Shown here one piece after another: positions 1 to 10,428 of a DNA stretch of 64,000 nucleotides (the first letter of the stretch is position 1; the number at the start of each line of letters is the position of its first letter). This DNA comes from a virus: IMG/VR virus record IMGVR_UViG_3300020473_002200, positions 1-64,000 of that record. One strand, given 5' to 3'. The translations under genes were made by a program, and so were the position numbers. The notes below the pieces were generated by a model that was given only the letters and a program-made list of their open reading frames with translations, searched no databases and was not told where the DNA came from.

Positions 1-501
1 ATGGCGTCCAGAAAGCGAACACAAAATAGAAAACAAATTAAGTTTAAATCAGCTGGACAGCTTAAGTCAACAATAGATCAACACGAGAGAGATATCGCGT
101 TTGAAAAGTTGATTGGTATTAAAACGCCACTTGAGCTTGGGGTTGGCCGCGATGGTTTATTTCGTATGCATAAGAGTCTAAAAGATCAAATAAGGGATAA
201 TTTTAAAAACTTGCTTATGACAAATCATGGTGAGCGTTTGGGAAATTATAATTTCGGTGCCAATTTAGAAGAGCTGGCTTTTGAGCTAGCTACTGATGAT
301 ATAGAAAAAGAAGCAATTTCTAGAATTAATATGGCTATAGGAAAATATATGCCCTATATTTCCCTAAATGGTTTTGAGGCTTTTACTGAACATAACGATA
401 ATGAGCATACTGCGAAAATCGGGATAAGGGTTTCGTATTCTATACCCGGGTTAAATTTGAGTGATCAAGTGGTGGAAGTAATAATAAGGGCAGCTGGATA
501 A
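1..501 (+). CDS. Baseplate wedge subunit, T4 gp25 / P2 gpW-like
   Basis: The motif NFKNLLMTNHGERLGNYNFGANLEELAFE and the following AIGKYMPYI match the GPW_gp25 pattern (I.NLL.T..GER...P.FG..L..L.FE ... I..Y.P.V). The stop overlaps the next ATG (TAATG at 499-503). The ATG is at window position 1, so upstream signals cannot be seen. Confidence 0.9.
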   Translation: MASRKRTQNRKQIKFKSAGQLKSTIDQHERDIAFEKLIGIKTPLELGVGRDGLFRMHKSLKDQIRDNFKNLLMTNHGERLGNYNFGANLEELAFELATDDIEKEAISRINMAIGKYMPYISLNGFEAFTEHNDNEHTAKIGIRVSYSIPGLNLSDQVVEVIIRAAG

Positions 502-2426
502 TGGAAAAAGATATTAGGAATAAACAGAAAAAGATCGTAAAAAGATCTTATCTTGCTAGGGATTTTGACGGATTTAAGAATAATTTGGTTCAGCATGCCA
601 GGACATTTTTTCCCGATAATTTAGAAGACTTTACAGAGACCGGCCTAGGTGGCATGTTCGTAGACATGATTTCCTATATCGGTGACTCTATGTCATTCTA
701 TTTAGATCATCAATTCAACGAATTACGATGGCAAGATGCTGTAGAGATTGAAAATTTAAAAAAGCATATCCGGCTAGCTGGGGTCGAAACGCATGGCGCT
801 AGCCCTGCTACAACTTACGTTTCATTTTATATAGAGGTCCCGTTAGATGGCGATGGTAAAGTTATTGAAGAATGTTTACCAACAATTAAAAAGGGTACCC
901 GCTTAATTTCTGGAAATGGTATTACGTTTAATCTAATGGAAGATGTAGACTTTACACTAAGAAGAAAAAATGATGATCGTGATTTTGTCTGGAAATTTTC
1001 GACCCCGCAACCCCCCAGAGACGGTATCGAAGCAAATGGAAAATCTAGAAAAATTATAAACCTAAAAGGTCTATGCGTGTCTGGTGAGATAAGGGATGAA
1101 TCATTTTCAATACCAGATAGTTTTATACCTTTTAGAGAAATATCACTGTCAGAACAAAATATAAGTCTAATAGAAAGTGTGACTGATTCTGACGGTAATG
1201 TGTATTATGAAGTTGATAATTTATCTCAAGATAATGTATTCTCTGTAATGGATAATAAGAATATTAGTCAAAAAACCGTAGAGCAAACGCTGGTCGTTAC
1301 ACCAGCGCCCTACAGATATACTAGATATTTCGATCCGCAATTACTTTCTACTACGCTAACTTTTGGTGGCGGCGACGCAACTGCAGATGACAATGATATT
1401 TTACCAGACCCGGGTGACCTAAGCATGCCGCTATACGGTAAGCGCGTATTTTCAAGATTTGCACTGGATCCGAATTCTTTGCTTAGGACGAACACATTAG
1501 GCGTTGCCCCTAGACAAACAACGATAACTATTAATTATCGTCATGGTGGTGGCCTAATTCATAACGTGTCTGCAGAATCGATAAGAACTATAGACTTTCT
1601 AGATATGACATTTCCGACAGGCGTTGATCACGAAGATGCCCGACTAACTAGGGCTAGTTTGGCAGTTAGAAATCACCAGAAAGCTTCTGGCGGCGCACCC
1701 GCACCAAGCATAAATGAACTTAGGGATCAAATTCCTGTTGCCAGAAATTCACAATCAAGAATAGTGACAAAAGAAGACCTTGTGGCTAGGATTTACGCAT
1801 TACCATCTGCGTTGGGTAGGGTATTTAGGGCTGCAGTTTCAGAAACACCAGACGCAAATGGTCAAATTGAGATAGCGTTAATAAGCAGAGGCTCAAGCGG
1901 CAGGTTGGTTAAGTTTGGCTCAATGGACACTTCTTCATCTCCCCTAGAGGTTTCAGGTGATAATCTTAAACTAAACTTAAAGACATACTTGGAGTCATTT
2001 AGACTAATAAATGATTCTTATATAATCATGGACGCTGCAGTTCATAATTTTGGATTGAATATTAATGTAATTGCAGTCCCTGGTGCACAAAAGGCCAACG
2101 TTGTACAGTCTATAATCACAAATTTAAAGAAGCTATTAAGTATTAAGAATTTTCATATAAATCAACCATTATCTTTGGGCGACATCAGCTACGCAGTGAT
2201 GTCTTCTGATGGTGTTGCTTCTATTCATGATTCAGATGGCTTAAAGGGCATTACTGTGGTATCAAAAACAGGTGTTGTGCTGGAGGGCGATGGGGTTAAC
2301 ACTTACGACTATGGTGGTAGTGAACCCTTCGAACCGCTTTTAGAAAAAGGGTATATATTTCCAAAGAAGAATGGTATCTTTGAATTAAGGTACCCTGACT
2401 TCGATATTAGGGTGAGCGTGAGATAA
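501..2426 (+). CDS. Baseplate wedge protein, T4 gp6 / P2 gpJ-like
   Basis: N-terminal YLARDFDGFKNNL...DFTETGLGGMFVDMISYIGDSMSFYLD.QFNE, central LTFGGG...PRQTTITINYRHGGG...ASGGA...ELR and RIVTKEDL are characteristic gp6/J motifs. It directly follows the gp25-like gene, with TAATG overlaps at both ends. Confidence 0.9.
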   Translation: MEKDIRNKQKKIVKRSYLARDFDGFKNNLVQHARTFFPDNLEDFTETGLGGMFVDMISYIGDSMSFYLDHQFNELRWQDAVEIENLKKHIRLAGVETHGASPATTYVSFYIEVPLDGDGKVIEECLPTIKKGTRLISGNGITFNLMEDVDFTLRRKNDDRDFVWKFSTPQPPRDGIEANGKSRKIINLKGLCVSGEIRDESFSIPDSFIPFREISLSEQNISLIESVTDSDGNVYYEVDNLSQDNVFSVMDNKNISQKTVEQTLVVTPAPYRYTRYFDPQLLSTTLTFGGGDATADDNDILPDPGDLSMPLYGKRVFSRFALDPNSLLRTNTLGVAPRQTTITINYRHGGGLIHNVSAESIRTIDFLDMTFPTGVDHEDARLTRASLAVRNHQKASGGAPAPSINELRDQIPVARNSQSRIVTKEDLVARIYALPSALGRVFRAAVSETPDANGQIEIALISRGSSGRLVKFGSMDTSSSPLEVSGDNLKLNLKTYLESFRLINDSYIIMDAAVHNFGLNINVIAVPGAQKANVVQSIITNLKKLLSIKNFHINQPLSLGDISYAVMSSDGVASIHDSDGLKGITVVSKTGVVLEGDGVNTYDYGGSEPFEPLLEKGYIFPKKNGIFELRYPDFDIRVSVR

Positions 2427-4333
2427 TGCAATTAATAATTACAGCCAGTAAAGACTGTTATATAACAGACAAGATAGTTGATAACAAAAATCGCTCAAAG
2501 AGATCGAACACTGGTAGGGCAGCAACCTTAGATCTATTCAAGCTTTTTGAGGAATCAGGAGTAATTGAGTCTGGTAATTTTGTAACTGCAAACGTATCAG
2601 AGAAATCAGCTCTACTAATAAAGTTCGACTACTCCGAAATAGGGAAATTAACTTCTAGCATTTTAGACATAAAAGGAAGCACAGGGTTTAAGGCGTACTT
2701 GGAGTTACAAGACGTAAGTTCGGGTTTACAAAAGCCATTTAATTTTTCTGCTATCTGTAATCCGCTCGTCCGCGATTTCGAAGAAGGATTTGGTATTGAT
2801 GTTAATTCATTTGACGACTTAGGATCAGCGAACTATATAACTTCTTCTTATTACGCTGCATCCCCAATAGCTTGGAAAGCTGAAGGAGCGTCTGCGGCTG
2901 GCGGTAATGATAATGTTAAAGCGTCTGGCTCTATAACTGTTGCTGGTGCGGGCGGATGGGATAACACTGTTGGATTTACACTAAATGATGGCTCTAATAG
3001 CGTATCATTTTTAGCTAACGCAGCGTCCCCCAATCCAGCACGAACTGATTCAACAAATTATACTTTTGGGATCCAGGGCGCATCAACTGTCGCACAATTA
3101 GCTGACAAAATCTACGCAGGTATTGCATTATCAAAAACGCAGGGTGATCTAAAAATAACCGCTACAGATCCAGGGTCTGGATCAACCATTCCGCTTAAGC
3201 AGGATTCTGCCGGTCTTACGGGAAACACTAATATAACATTAGCAAACGCCGGTGGCCGTCTGACTATTTCGAAATTTGCAGGCGGTCATAGCACAGAGCA
3301 CATCGACATAATAACTTCAGCGTCTTTTGGGACTACGAACGTAGATCTAGGATCATCTTTATATTTTTCAGATCCTAATCAAGACTTGATTTTGGATGTA
3401 ACAAACGCAGTGTCGGCTAGCCTAAAGGGACTTATTAATAATAACGGCTTCAGAATAGGGTTCAGTGGTTCTTATGACACAGATAACAAGACTAGATTTG
3501 TTAAAAGATTTGCGTCTAGGCACATAAAGAATAAATTACTTATACCGAAATTAAGAGTTACATTTAACGATGAGATTTCTGATGATTCGAATAGAGTATT
3601 TATCGATGAACCGAATATCGTCACCTTAAAAACAAAAAGACTTTTTAAAAGTGCAAATCTCCGTGATGGCTCGAATGCGCAATTAACTGGCAATGATTGT
3701 GGTGTTTTAAAAATAGTTTCTGGCTCATACACTAGTTCTGTAAATTTTAGCCAAGTTGATAAATCGTCTGATGGTGATCGACTAAAGGGTGTATATCAGG
3801 CAACATTCACTTTGCCTAGCAACAACGCTTATATTAAAGAGGCTTTGACTGCCAATCCGGACGGATTTAGTGTAAACCTTAAGTGGCAAACAAGCGACGG
3901 GACAATCACATTTTTAGACAAGCCTACGAAAGTTTATAATAGCGCATTTTCTACGTTTGATATAACCGCAGTCTCAACAGCTTTTAAAAATAGAAAGTCA
4001 GAATATCATGAATCTGAGGAAATTGTAATCAATTGTGTTGCAACGATGAGCGGAAAAGAGTATTCAACAGCGAAGATAAGGAAAGATCCTGATTCATTCC
4101 CAGGGCAGCTATATTATAAAATAACTGAGTTACTTTCCGGAAAACAAGTCCTTCCACTTAACTTTAGTCAGCAAAAAGATACTGTAAAGATGAGTTTTTA
4201 TGACGGCGTTTTTTCTGCAACAATAAAATCTGGAACACTATCTGCTGGATATTCTTATAAGCTGGAATTACTTACTGATTTAGACGGTGATATTTTCAAC
4301 TTTGATTCTTCATTCACTTTTAAGGTAATCTAA
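2426..4333 (+). CDS. Virion structural protein with a DNRLRE-like domain interrupted by a sheath-outer-domain-like module
   Basis: ASKDCYI...NTG...LDL...ALLIKFD near the N-terminus and KRFASRH...PKLRVTF further on resemble the ends of DNRLRE-type domains. A 122-aa A/G/S/T-rich module lies at 2921-3286. The gene is translationally coupled inside the baseplate cluster. Confidence 0.55.
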   Translation: MQLIITASKDCYITDKIVDNKNRSKRSNTGRAATLDLFKLFEESGVIESGNFVTANVSEKSALLIKFDYSEIGKLTSSILDIKGSTGFKAYLELQDVSSGLQKPFNFSAICNPLVRDFEEGFGIDVNSFDDLGSANYITSSYYAASPIAWKAEGASAAGGNDNVKASGSITVAGAGGWDNTVGFTLNDGSNSVSFLANAASPNPARTDSTNYTFGIQGASTVAQLADKIYAGIALSKTQGDLKITATDPGSGSTIPLKQDSAGLTGNTNITLANAGGRLTISKFAGGHSTEHIDIITSASFGTTNVDLGSSLYFSDPNQDLILDVTNAVSASLKGLINNNGFRIGFSGSYDTDNKTRFVKRFASRHIKNKLLIPKLRVTFNDEISDDSNRVFIDEPNIVTLKTKRLFKSANLRDGSNAQLTGNDCGVLKIVSGSYTSSVNFSQVDKSSDGDRLKGVYQATFTLPSNNAYIKEALTANPDGFSVNLKWQTSDGTITFLDKPTKVYNSAFSTFDITAVSTAFKNRKSEYHESEEIVINCVATMSGKEYSTAKIRKDPDSFPGQLYYKITELLSGKQVLPLNFSQQKDTVKMSFYDGVFSATIKSGTLSAGYSYKLELLTDLDGDIFNFDSSFTFKVI

Positions 4334-7300
4334 TGGCAAGAAGATCATTAACATTTGAGAATGTAAAATTTTTCACAAAAAGGATGCTCCGAAAATACAA
4401 GACTTCACGTGGGGTATTGTTAGATCAAAATCAAAAAAAATTAACTGTTACTCATGTTAATGATGATGAGACTTCATTTAGAAGAAAAAATGAAAATCAT
4501 GGGCTGGTGTCAACACAGCAACTTCCTGTTGATAATTCACTGTTTCAAAATAACACATTCTTTGGTTCTGCTGAGGCTAAAATTAATATAGCTTTCGATA
4601 AGATTATTAATAAATATCCTTTTGATGGAACCCTTCAGCAAATAGAGCAGTTTGAAGATAGTTTATCATCTTTAGAAAAATATGTTTTAGATAAATTTCC
4701 AAAACATAAAGGGTTTTTGACTTTTGACTCAAGTAAAAGTCAATATATCACTGTAAAAGATAAGTCTGGAAATCTAAACCAATCTTTATTAAATGGTGAA
4801 CAGGGTCTCGCATATATTAACCCTAAACTTAATCCTTTCTCGATTGAATGCGCGCTAAGACTTCCCACAGAAAGTAATGAAAACAGCTTTATATGCCACA
4901 GCGTTCATAAAACTTTAAATACTGGTTTCGCGATATTCATAAACCAAACATCTTCAGAAAAAACAGGCACAATTAATTTCGCCATAGTCAGCGGTAGTGA
5001 CAATTATGCAACAGCTAGTTATCCCCTTAAAAAGGGGAAGTGGTATAATTTATCATTTTTCTATGATAATAGGGCGGAAAAACAAACAGTTAGTATAATG
5101 TCTGGATCTAATACTTTAGCGAAAAGTGATTTTTTCGATTATCCAGGGTTAAACACATCGAATGCTGACTTAATAATCGGTGACGGCAAAAATTTGTCTG
5201 CTGGTCATTTAACGTTTAATAAAAGCAATTCGTTTAGCGGTTCTATAGACGAGTTTAGAATATTTCATGGAGCGCGCTCTACTGATGAAGTAGAGTATTA
5301 CTCTAGAAGAAATATATTTGCGCATGATAATCTAAGGCTATATTTTCGCTTCAACGAACCAGCAGGATCACACTCGAATAATGACGTAATTTTAGATCAT
5401 AGCGGAAATAGCCTACATAGTAGAATATCAAACTATACAGATGCGATAAGGGCCCCTCGTGAAGTAATTGATCCAATGTTTTTAGAAGATCGAAGGTTTA
5501 GTCCAGTACTTTTCCCGAACTATCCGGCAGTTATCAACTTTAACGCAAAGCTATTAGAGCTCGCAACAGAGTATGATATTAATAACCCAAATTTAATAAC
5601 CAAGCTAATTCCTAACCACTATTTGCAAGAGGGCGCATATTCTGAAGGTGTAAGTGTTGATGGTAATATTGTAGAAGCATATAGCTCTATGGGTACTCTT
5701 CCAAAAGCCGGCCGAATTGGACATGTTCAACTAATGTCTTTAATGCTATATTATCTTGCTGAAGAATTAGATCAATATAAAATGTATCTAGATCAAGCTT
5801 CACAATTTTTACACCCAGATTATATGGGCGAAGATGGTATAGCTGATGCGTTTTTACCTGATTTAGCTAAATATTATGGCTTTGAATTACCTAAGATTTT
5901 TGGTGATGTATCATTTGAGCAATTTCTTGGAAAAGAAAATCTAGGTTTGGAATATTCTGTTTATGAAAGAAATCTAAATGAGGTTCAAAACTTGGTTTGG
6001 CGCCGAGTTTTAAAAAATATAAGCCATATTTTTAAATCCAAAGGTACGAAGTATGCATTAAAAACGATTTTTAGATCGGCTGGTATTGAGCCAGACAGAC
6101 TATTCAGGCTGGTTGAGTACAATGGTGTCGATGAGTTTAGGATGGGTATCTCACGGCAACAAATTACTGAAATGTCTACAATTTTAAATTTCTCTGGTAG
6201 TATTTCTAAATTTGTGGAGACTTCCAGACCTGACGGTACAATCATTAATCGGCCAACATTGCTAACAGCGCCATTAACAGCTAGTAGGATTGAGCCTGGA
6301 TTTCCTGAAATTTCTGGAGGTAATGTATTGGCTTCTGCCAGTATACATTTTCACCCATTTGATGAGACTGCAATTCCCGCTGTAGATACAAAGCTTACTA
6401 TCCAAGACGCGTTTAATAATACAGAGACGTTTCAATTTAAAGATACAAGCTCTCATTTGGCTGCGACTGCAACATTAACCTATAGCCAAAATCCCCCAGA
6501 TACTCAGGCAATAACGTTGATTTCTTCTGATGGGACATCTCGTACATACGAAATTGATATAGGGAATGGAGTTACGGCCGGTAGCGTTCCTGTGGTTCGA
6601 GGTGATAACGGCGACGCAACATACGCTAACTTAAAGTCTGCAATAGAAAGCAAGTCTGGACATAATGAAAAAATAACAATACAACATAATAATGGTGGTG
6701 ATTCAAACGATGCAGGCTCTTTAGTTCTGACACAGGCTGTCGCTGGTTATGCTGGAAATACATCGATTACTCATAATCTAGCCGGTGTATCAGGTCTAAC
6801 AACATTTTCAGGTGGTACGAAAGTCATAAGTAGAGTAAACTATAAAGCGACCCTTACTGCTGCCAGCGCGATAGCTGCTCACGGTACAACTGAGAAGCAG
6901 TCTATTACTCTCATATCTACTGATGGCACTTCAAAGAAGTATGTGATTGTCCACGGCGGCTCAGATGGGAAATCAGCGGTGCCAACGGGGACTGTTTTAG
7001 CTAGCGATTCTGATACGGGCTCTGGGACAGCTGGTGGTGGAAATGTTGGCGGCATTGCGGTCAATATATTAAGCGGAGATAATCAAAGAGATGTTCTAGA
7101 TGAGCTCAGAGTGGCTGTTAATCACGGAAATGGTCACAACGCTGGGACTCCTAATTCTAAAATAATATTTCCTGTAGTTCCTGATGCAATCGCCGGTCAG
7201 CTAGTTGTAACATTGATGCAAGCCGTTGTGTCTTCTGATTCTGCAAAGACCATTACTGAAGACATAAGCAATATTACAAAAACAAATTTCACCTTAGATA

Positions 7301-10300
7301 CAAAAAGATCAGCGCTTATAACGACTGATTTAAATACGATAATTGCATCTTCATTTCCAGATACTCTGGTAACAAAAACAAAGAATAAATCTGCTGGTAA
7401 TAATATTGATACGATTGAATTAACCACAAAAAGTTTTAGTCGTAGTAATATTGGGAACCATCTTTTGTCGATCGCTTCTCCAAAGATACCAAAAGTGTGG
7501 CTTAGGATGTCATCAACTGCCCCCACTAACTTAGGGACAACGACTGTAGCTTCCGAATATCAACCTCGTGCCGCTCATGCAACGTTACAAGTAGCTACAG
7601 GTAATGCTGCTCATGGTACAACAGAACTTCAGGCTATTACTCTAATATCGACAGATCAGACTACCAAGACGTACACACTGGTTAACGGAGGCGGCAGCGG
7701 ATCATCAGCGGTGGCAACTGGTACGGTGCTGGCTGTTGGTAGTGATATTGGCTCTAGAGTGATTGCGGCAGACACTTCTGCAAATTCCCTTGTGGGAGGA
7801 AGAAGTTATAGGATAAAAACAGTTGGTAGCACCTCAAATTGGTCTTCATTAGGCGCTTCTTCAAATACACCGGCTATTGGGGAGGTATTTACGGCTGCTA
7901 ACGGGGTATCTGCCACAGGCTCAAGTCATGGAACTGTTGAAGAATCTATAATCGGCCAGATAGCAGTCAATATACTTACTGATGATAACCAAAGAGAGGT
8001 TCTAGCAGAACTAAAGACAGCCATAAATCATAGCAATGGACATAATAATGGCAGCGCTGATAGCAAAATTATAATTCCCGCTGTGCCTTCCGCAGCAGGA
8101 TCAGCACAGTCTATAATATTAGAGCAAGCGACTGTAGGTAGCACGGGTAGTACCAGCTCGACTGAAAATATAGCGAATTTGACCATAACAAATTTCGGTG
8201 GTAATCCAATAGCTATATCAAGTGAAACAATAGGCGAGATAACCAGGCAGGCTGCTACTTTCGATGGTTATAACGATTCGATATCAATCGGATCAGCTGC
8301 TGTGTGGGATGCCATTATAGGCGATGACACTGCTGGTGGCTCAACAAAGAAGATGTCTTTTTCTATATGGATCTATAAAACTGCTGATGGCGAAGGTGAC
8401 CTAGGCAGAATATTCGATTTCGGTAATAGCGATATCTTTTTATATAGTACATCTACTGAAATATTGGCTTTTAGCGTAAGATTGAATGGTAGCCTTACGG
8501 AGTGGAGAACTGATGCTTCATATTTCAATTTAAATGAGTGGACGCATATCGTCATAACTTACGATGCAACTGATACCGCTAATAATAATCCTGTAATATA
8601 TGTAAATGGTCAAAGCCGGACTGTTGCACACGTCGGTTCATCCGCTGCTAAGCATGCATCATTTTCCGGTATCGCTACTGAGGCATGCTTTATTGGGAAT
8701 AGAAATGCAGAAGATAGAGCGTTCCAGGGCAAAATATCAGAATTTCAGGTCTTCAATGATATATTAACTGCGAATGAGATTTCCAAAATTTACGCTGCGG
8801 AATCTGATGAATGTATGCCACCGTTTATAGCGGCTAAAGGGTTTGCTGGCGGTAATGGGTTCGTAAGAGCGAACACTCCAGGCTTTGAGTATGCGGGAAT
8901 TTCTGCTACTCAAAATGATGGTCTTTTAACGTCTGGATCTTGGACCGTAGAAGGTGTATATCAGTTTTCCAGTAATTTGTCGAAAGAAAGTATAAGAAGT
9001 CTTTCGAGAATAGTAACACAAGGTAAGACGACTGGTCAAGACTGGAAAGACAAGCATGGCGTATTAACAAACTTAGTGCTTTCTCCATTCGGAGATCAGT
9101 TGAGCTTATATGTAAGAAGTAAGCATAAAAATGATGCCCCGGTGCTTATGACAGTATTAACCGGTGCGAATTGCTTAGATGGTCAAAAGTGGTACATAGC
9201 CTACGGCCGTCAACGAAATGATGAAATTAGTCAACCTGTAAGCTCTTCATACTTTATAAGGGCAGCGTCATATAATTTTGATAAAATGACGACATTTATT
9301 ACAACAAGCTCTTTATTTGATGAAGGCTCTGCTAATGACAACGTATTCCAAAATACAAAGCAACTAGTTTCTACTAGCACCTATGAGTATTTTAACCCAA
9401 CTCAAATTTTAATAGGCTCTCAGTCAATGGCGAATACCAGTAATGGTAAGTTTTTAAATAATTCAGATACCAGCGTAGTTCCTTTTGACGCAAGAACGAC
9501 ATATTTCGATGGAAGAGTGGGCCACCTTAAGTTTTGGTCAAAATGTCTTACAGAGGAAGAGTCCAAAGAGCATGCTCGTAACTTTAAGTCCGTAGGTACA
9601 GACAACCCACTTGTAAATAACACATTCAGTAATACTAGATCTGGTTCGTTTCAAAAACTAAGATTAAATGTATCCACAGACCAAGTTAATAAAAAAACCA
9701 ATATAGACGGTTCCTTAAACCTATTAGATTTTTCACAAACATTTACACCTAAAAATGAGGCTAAAGTTCAATCGGGCGTATACACTAGTATGTCTGGTGC
9801 TTTGTGTTTTGGATTTGAGTCTTTTAAAGATGTGGTGGAGAATACTAGATTTGATTATACAATAATATCGCCATTTTATGATGAATATTTGGAAAGTGAT
9901 AAAATAAAAATAGCTGGATTTTCCGAAGGCCCCAATATAAAACTTTATAATTCTAAGATTGCTCCCGTAACAGAAATACTGCCTTTTGAAAAGAAAGTAA
10001 ACGATAATCGATTTGAGATTCAAGTGCACCTACAAAGAGGTTTAGATGAAGATATTATGAATATATTCTCTGCTATTGACGCTTTGGACGACGCTCTTGG
10101 AAAACCAGAGTTGGTATTTGCTCAAGAATATCCAGACTTAAGAAGAATGAGAGATCTATATTTCAATAGGCTTACTGATAAGGTAAATTATAGAAACTTT
10201 TTTGATTTATTTAGATGGCTAGACGATGCTTTCTCTGATATGGTGGAGAAATTTGTGCCTAGAAACAGTAATTTTCTAGGAATCAATTTAATTATAGAAT

Positions 10301-10428
10301 CACACGCTCTAGAAAGATATAAAATAGCTTATGGTCATCAAGAAATATACAAGGGAGAAGATGAGCGAGCGAAATTACGTTCTAAAATTTTAGTATCACA
10401 ACGCTCAGGTGTATTAAGGAGATTTTAA
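4333..10428 (+). CDS. Giant baseplate wedge protein (P2 gpI / T4 gp7-like scaffold) with LamG domains and nested inserted modules
   Basis: gpI-like LYYLAEELD...FLPDLAKYYGF...VWRRVLKNISHIFKSKGTKYALKTIFRSAGI at 5743-6090. LamG/concanavalin-like motifs include FSIECALRL...WYNLSFFY...FSGSIDEFRIF, SFSIWIY...EWTHIVITYD...YVNG...FQGKISEFQVF, and a third partial copy. The C-terminus has FVP...IIESHALER. Confidence 0.75.
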   Translation: MARRSLTFENVKFFTKRMLRKYKTSRGVLLDQNQKKLTVTHVNDDETSFRRKNENHGLVSTQQLPVDNSLFQNNTFFGSAEAKINIAFDKIINKYPFDGTLQQIEQFEDSLSSLEKYVLDKFPKHKGFLTFDSSKSQYITVKDKSGNLNQSLLNGEQGLAYINPKLNPFSIECALRLPTESNENSFICHSVHKTLNTGFAIFINQTSSEKTGTINFAIVSGSDNYATASYPLKKGKWYNLSFFYDNRAEKQTVSIMSGSNTLAKSDFFDYPGLNTSNADLIIGDGKNLSAGHLTFNKSNSFSGSIDEFRIFHGARSTDEVEYYSRRNIFAHDNLRLYFRFNEPAGSHSNNDVILDHSGNSLHSRISNYTDAIRAPREVIDPMFLEDRRFSPVLFPNYPAVINFNAKLLELATEYDINNPNLITKLIPNHYLQEGAYSEGVSVDGNIVEAYSSMGTLPKAGRIGHVQLMSLMLYYLAEELDQYKMYLDQASQFLHPDYMGEDGIADAFLPDLAKYYGFELPKIFGDVSFEQFLGKENLGLEYSVYERNLNEVQNLVWRRVLKNISHIFKSKGTKYALKTIFRSAGIEPDRLFRLVEYNGVDEFRMGISRQQITEMSTILNFSGSISKFVETSRPDGTIINRPTLLTAPLTASRIEPGFPEISGGNVLASASIHFHPFDETAIPAVDTKLTIQDAFNNTETFQFKDTSSHLAATATLTYSQNPPDTQAITLISSDGTSRTYEIDIGNGVTAGSVPVVRGDNGDATYANLKSAIESKSGHNEKITIQHNNGGDSNDAGSLVLTQAVAGYAGNTSITHNLAGVSGLTTFSGGTKVISRVNYKATLTAASAIAAHGTTEKQSITLISTDGTSKKYVIVHGGSDGKSAVPTGTVLASDSDTGSGTAGGGNVGGIAVNILSGDNQRDVLDELRVAVNHGNGHNAGTPNSKIIFPVVPDAIAGQLVVTLMQAVVSSDSAKTITEDISNITKTNFTLDTKRSALITTDLNTIIASSFPDTLVTKTKNKSAGNNIDTIELTTKSFSRSNIGNHLLSIASPKIPKVWLRMSSTAPTNLGTTTVASEYQPRAAHATLQVATGNAAHGTTELQAITLISTDQTTKTYTLVNGGGSGSSAVATGTVLAVGSDIGSRVIAADTSANSLVGGRSYRIKTVGSTSNWSSLGASSNTPAIGEVFTAANGVSATGSSHGTVEESIIGQIAVNILTDDNQREVLAELKTAINHSNGHNNGSADSKIIIPAVPSAAGSAQSIILEQATVGSTGSTSSTENIANLTITNFGGNPIAISSETIGEITRQAATFDGYNDSISIGSAAVWDAIIGDDTAGGSTKKMSFSIWIYKTADGEGDLGRIFDFGNSDIFLYSTSTEILAFSVRLNGSLTEWRTDASYFNLNEWTHIVITYDATDTANNNPVIYVNGQSRTVAHVGSSAAKHASFSGIATEACFIGNRNAEDRAFQGKISEFQVFNDILTANEISKIYAAESDECMPPFIAAKGFAGGNGFVRANTPGFEYAGISATQNDGLLTSGSWTVEGVYQFSSNLSKESIRSLSRIVTQGKTTGQDWKDKHGVLTNLVLSPFGDQLSLYVRSKHKNDAPVLMTVLTGANCLDGQKWYIAYGRQRNDEISQPVSSSYFIRAASYNFDKMTTFITTSSLFDEGSANDNVFQNTKQLVSTSTYEYFNPTQILIGSQSMANTSNGKFLNNSDTSVVPFDARTTYFDGRVGHLKFWSKCLTEEESKEHARNFKSVGTDNPLVNNTFSNTRSGSFQKLRLNVSTDQVNKKTNIDGSLNLLDFSQTFTPKNEAKVQSGVYTSMSGALCFGFESFKDVVENTRFDYTIISPFYDEYLESDKIKIAGFSEGPNIKLYNSKIAPVTEILPFEKKVNDNRFEIQVHLQRGLDEDIMNIFSAIDALDDALGKPELVFAQEYPDLRRMRDLYFNRLTDKVNYRNFFDLFRWLDDAFSDMVEKFVPRNSNFLGINLIIESHALERYKIAYGHQEIYKGEDERAKLRSKILVSQRSGVLRRF

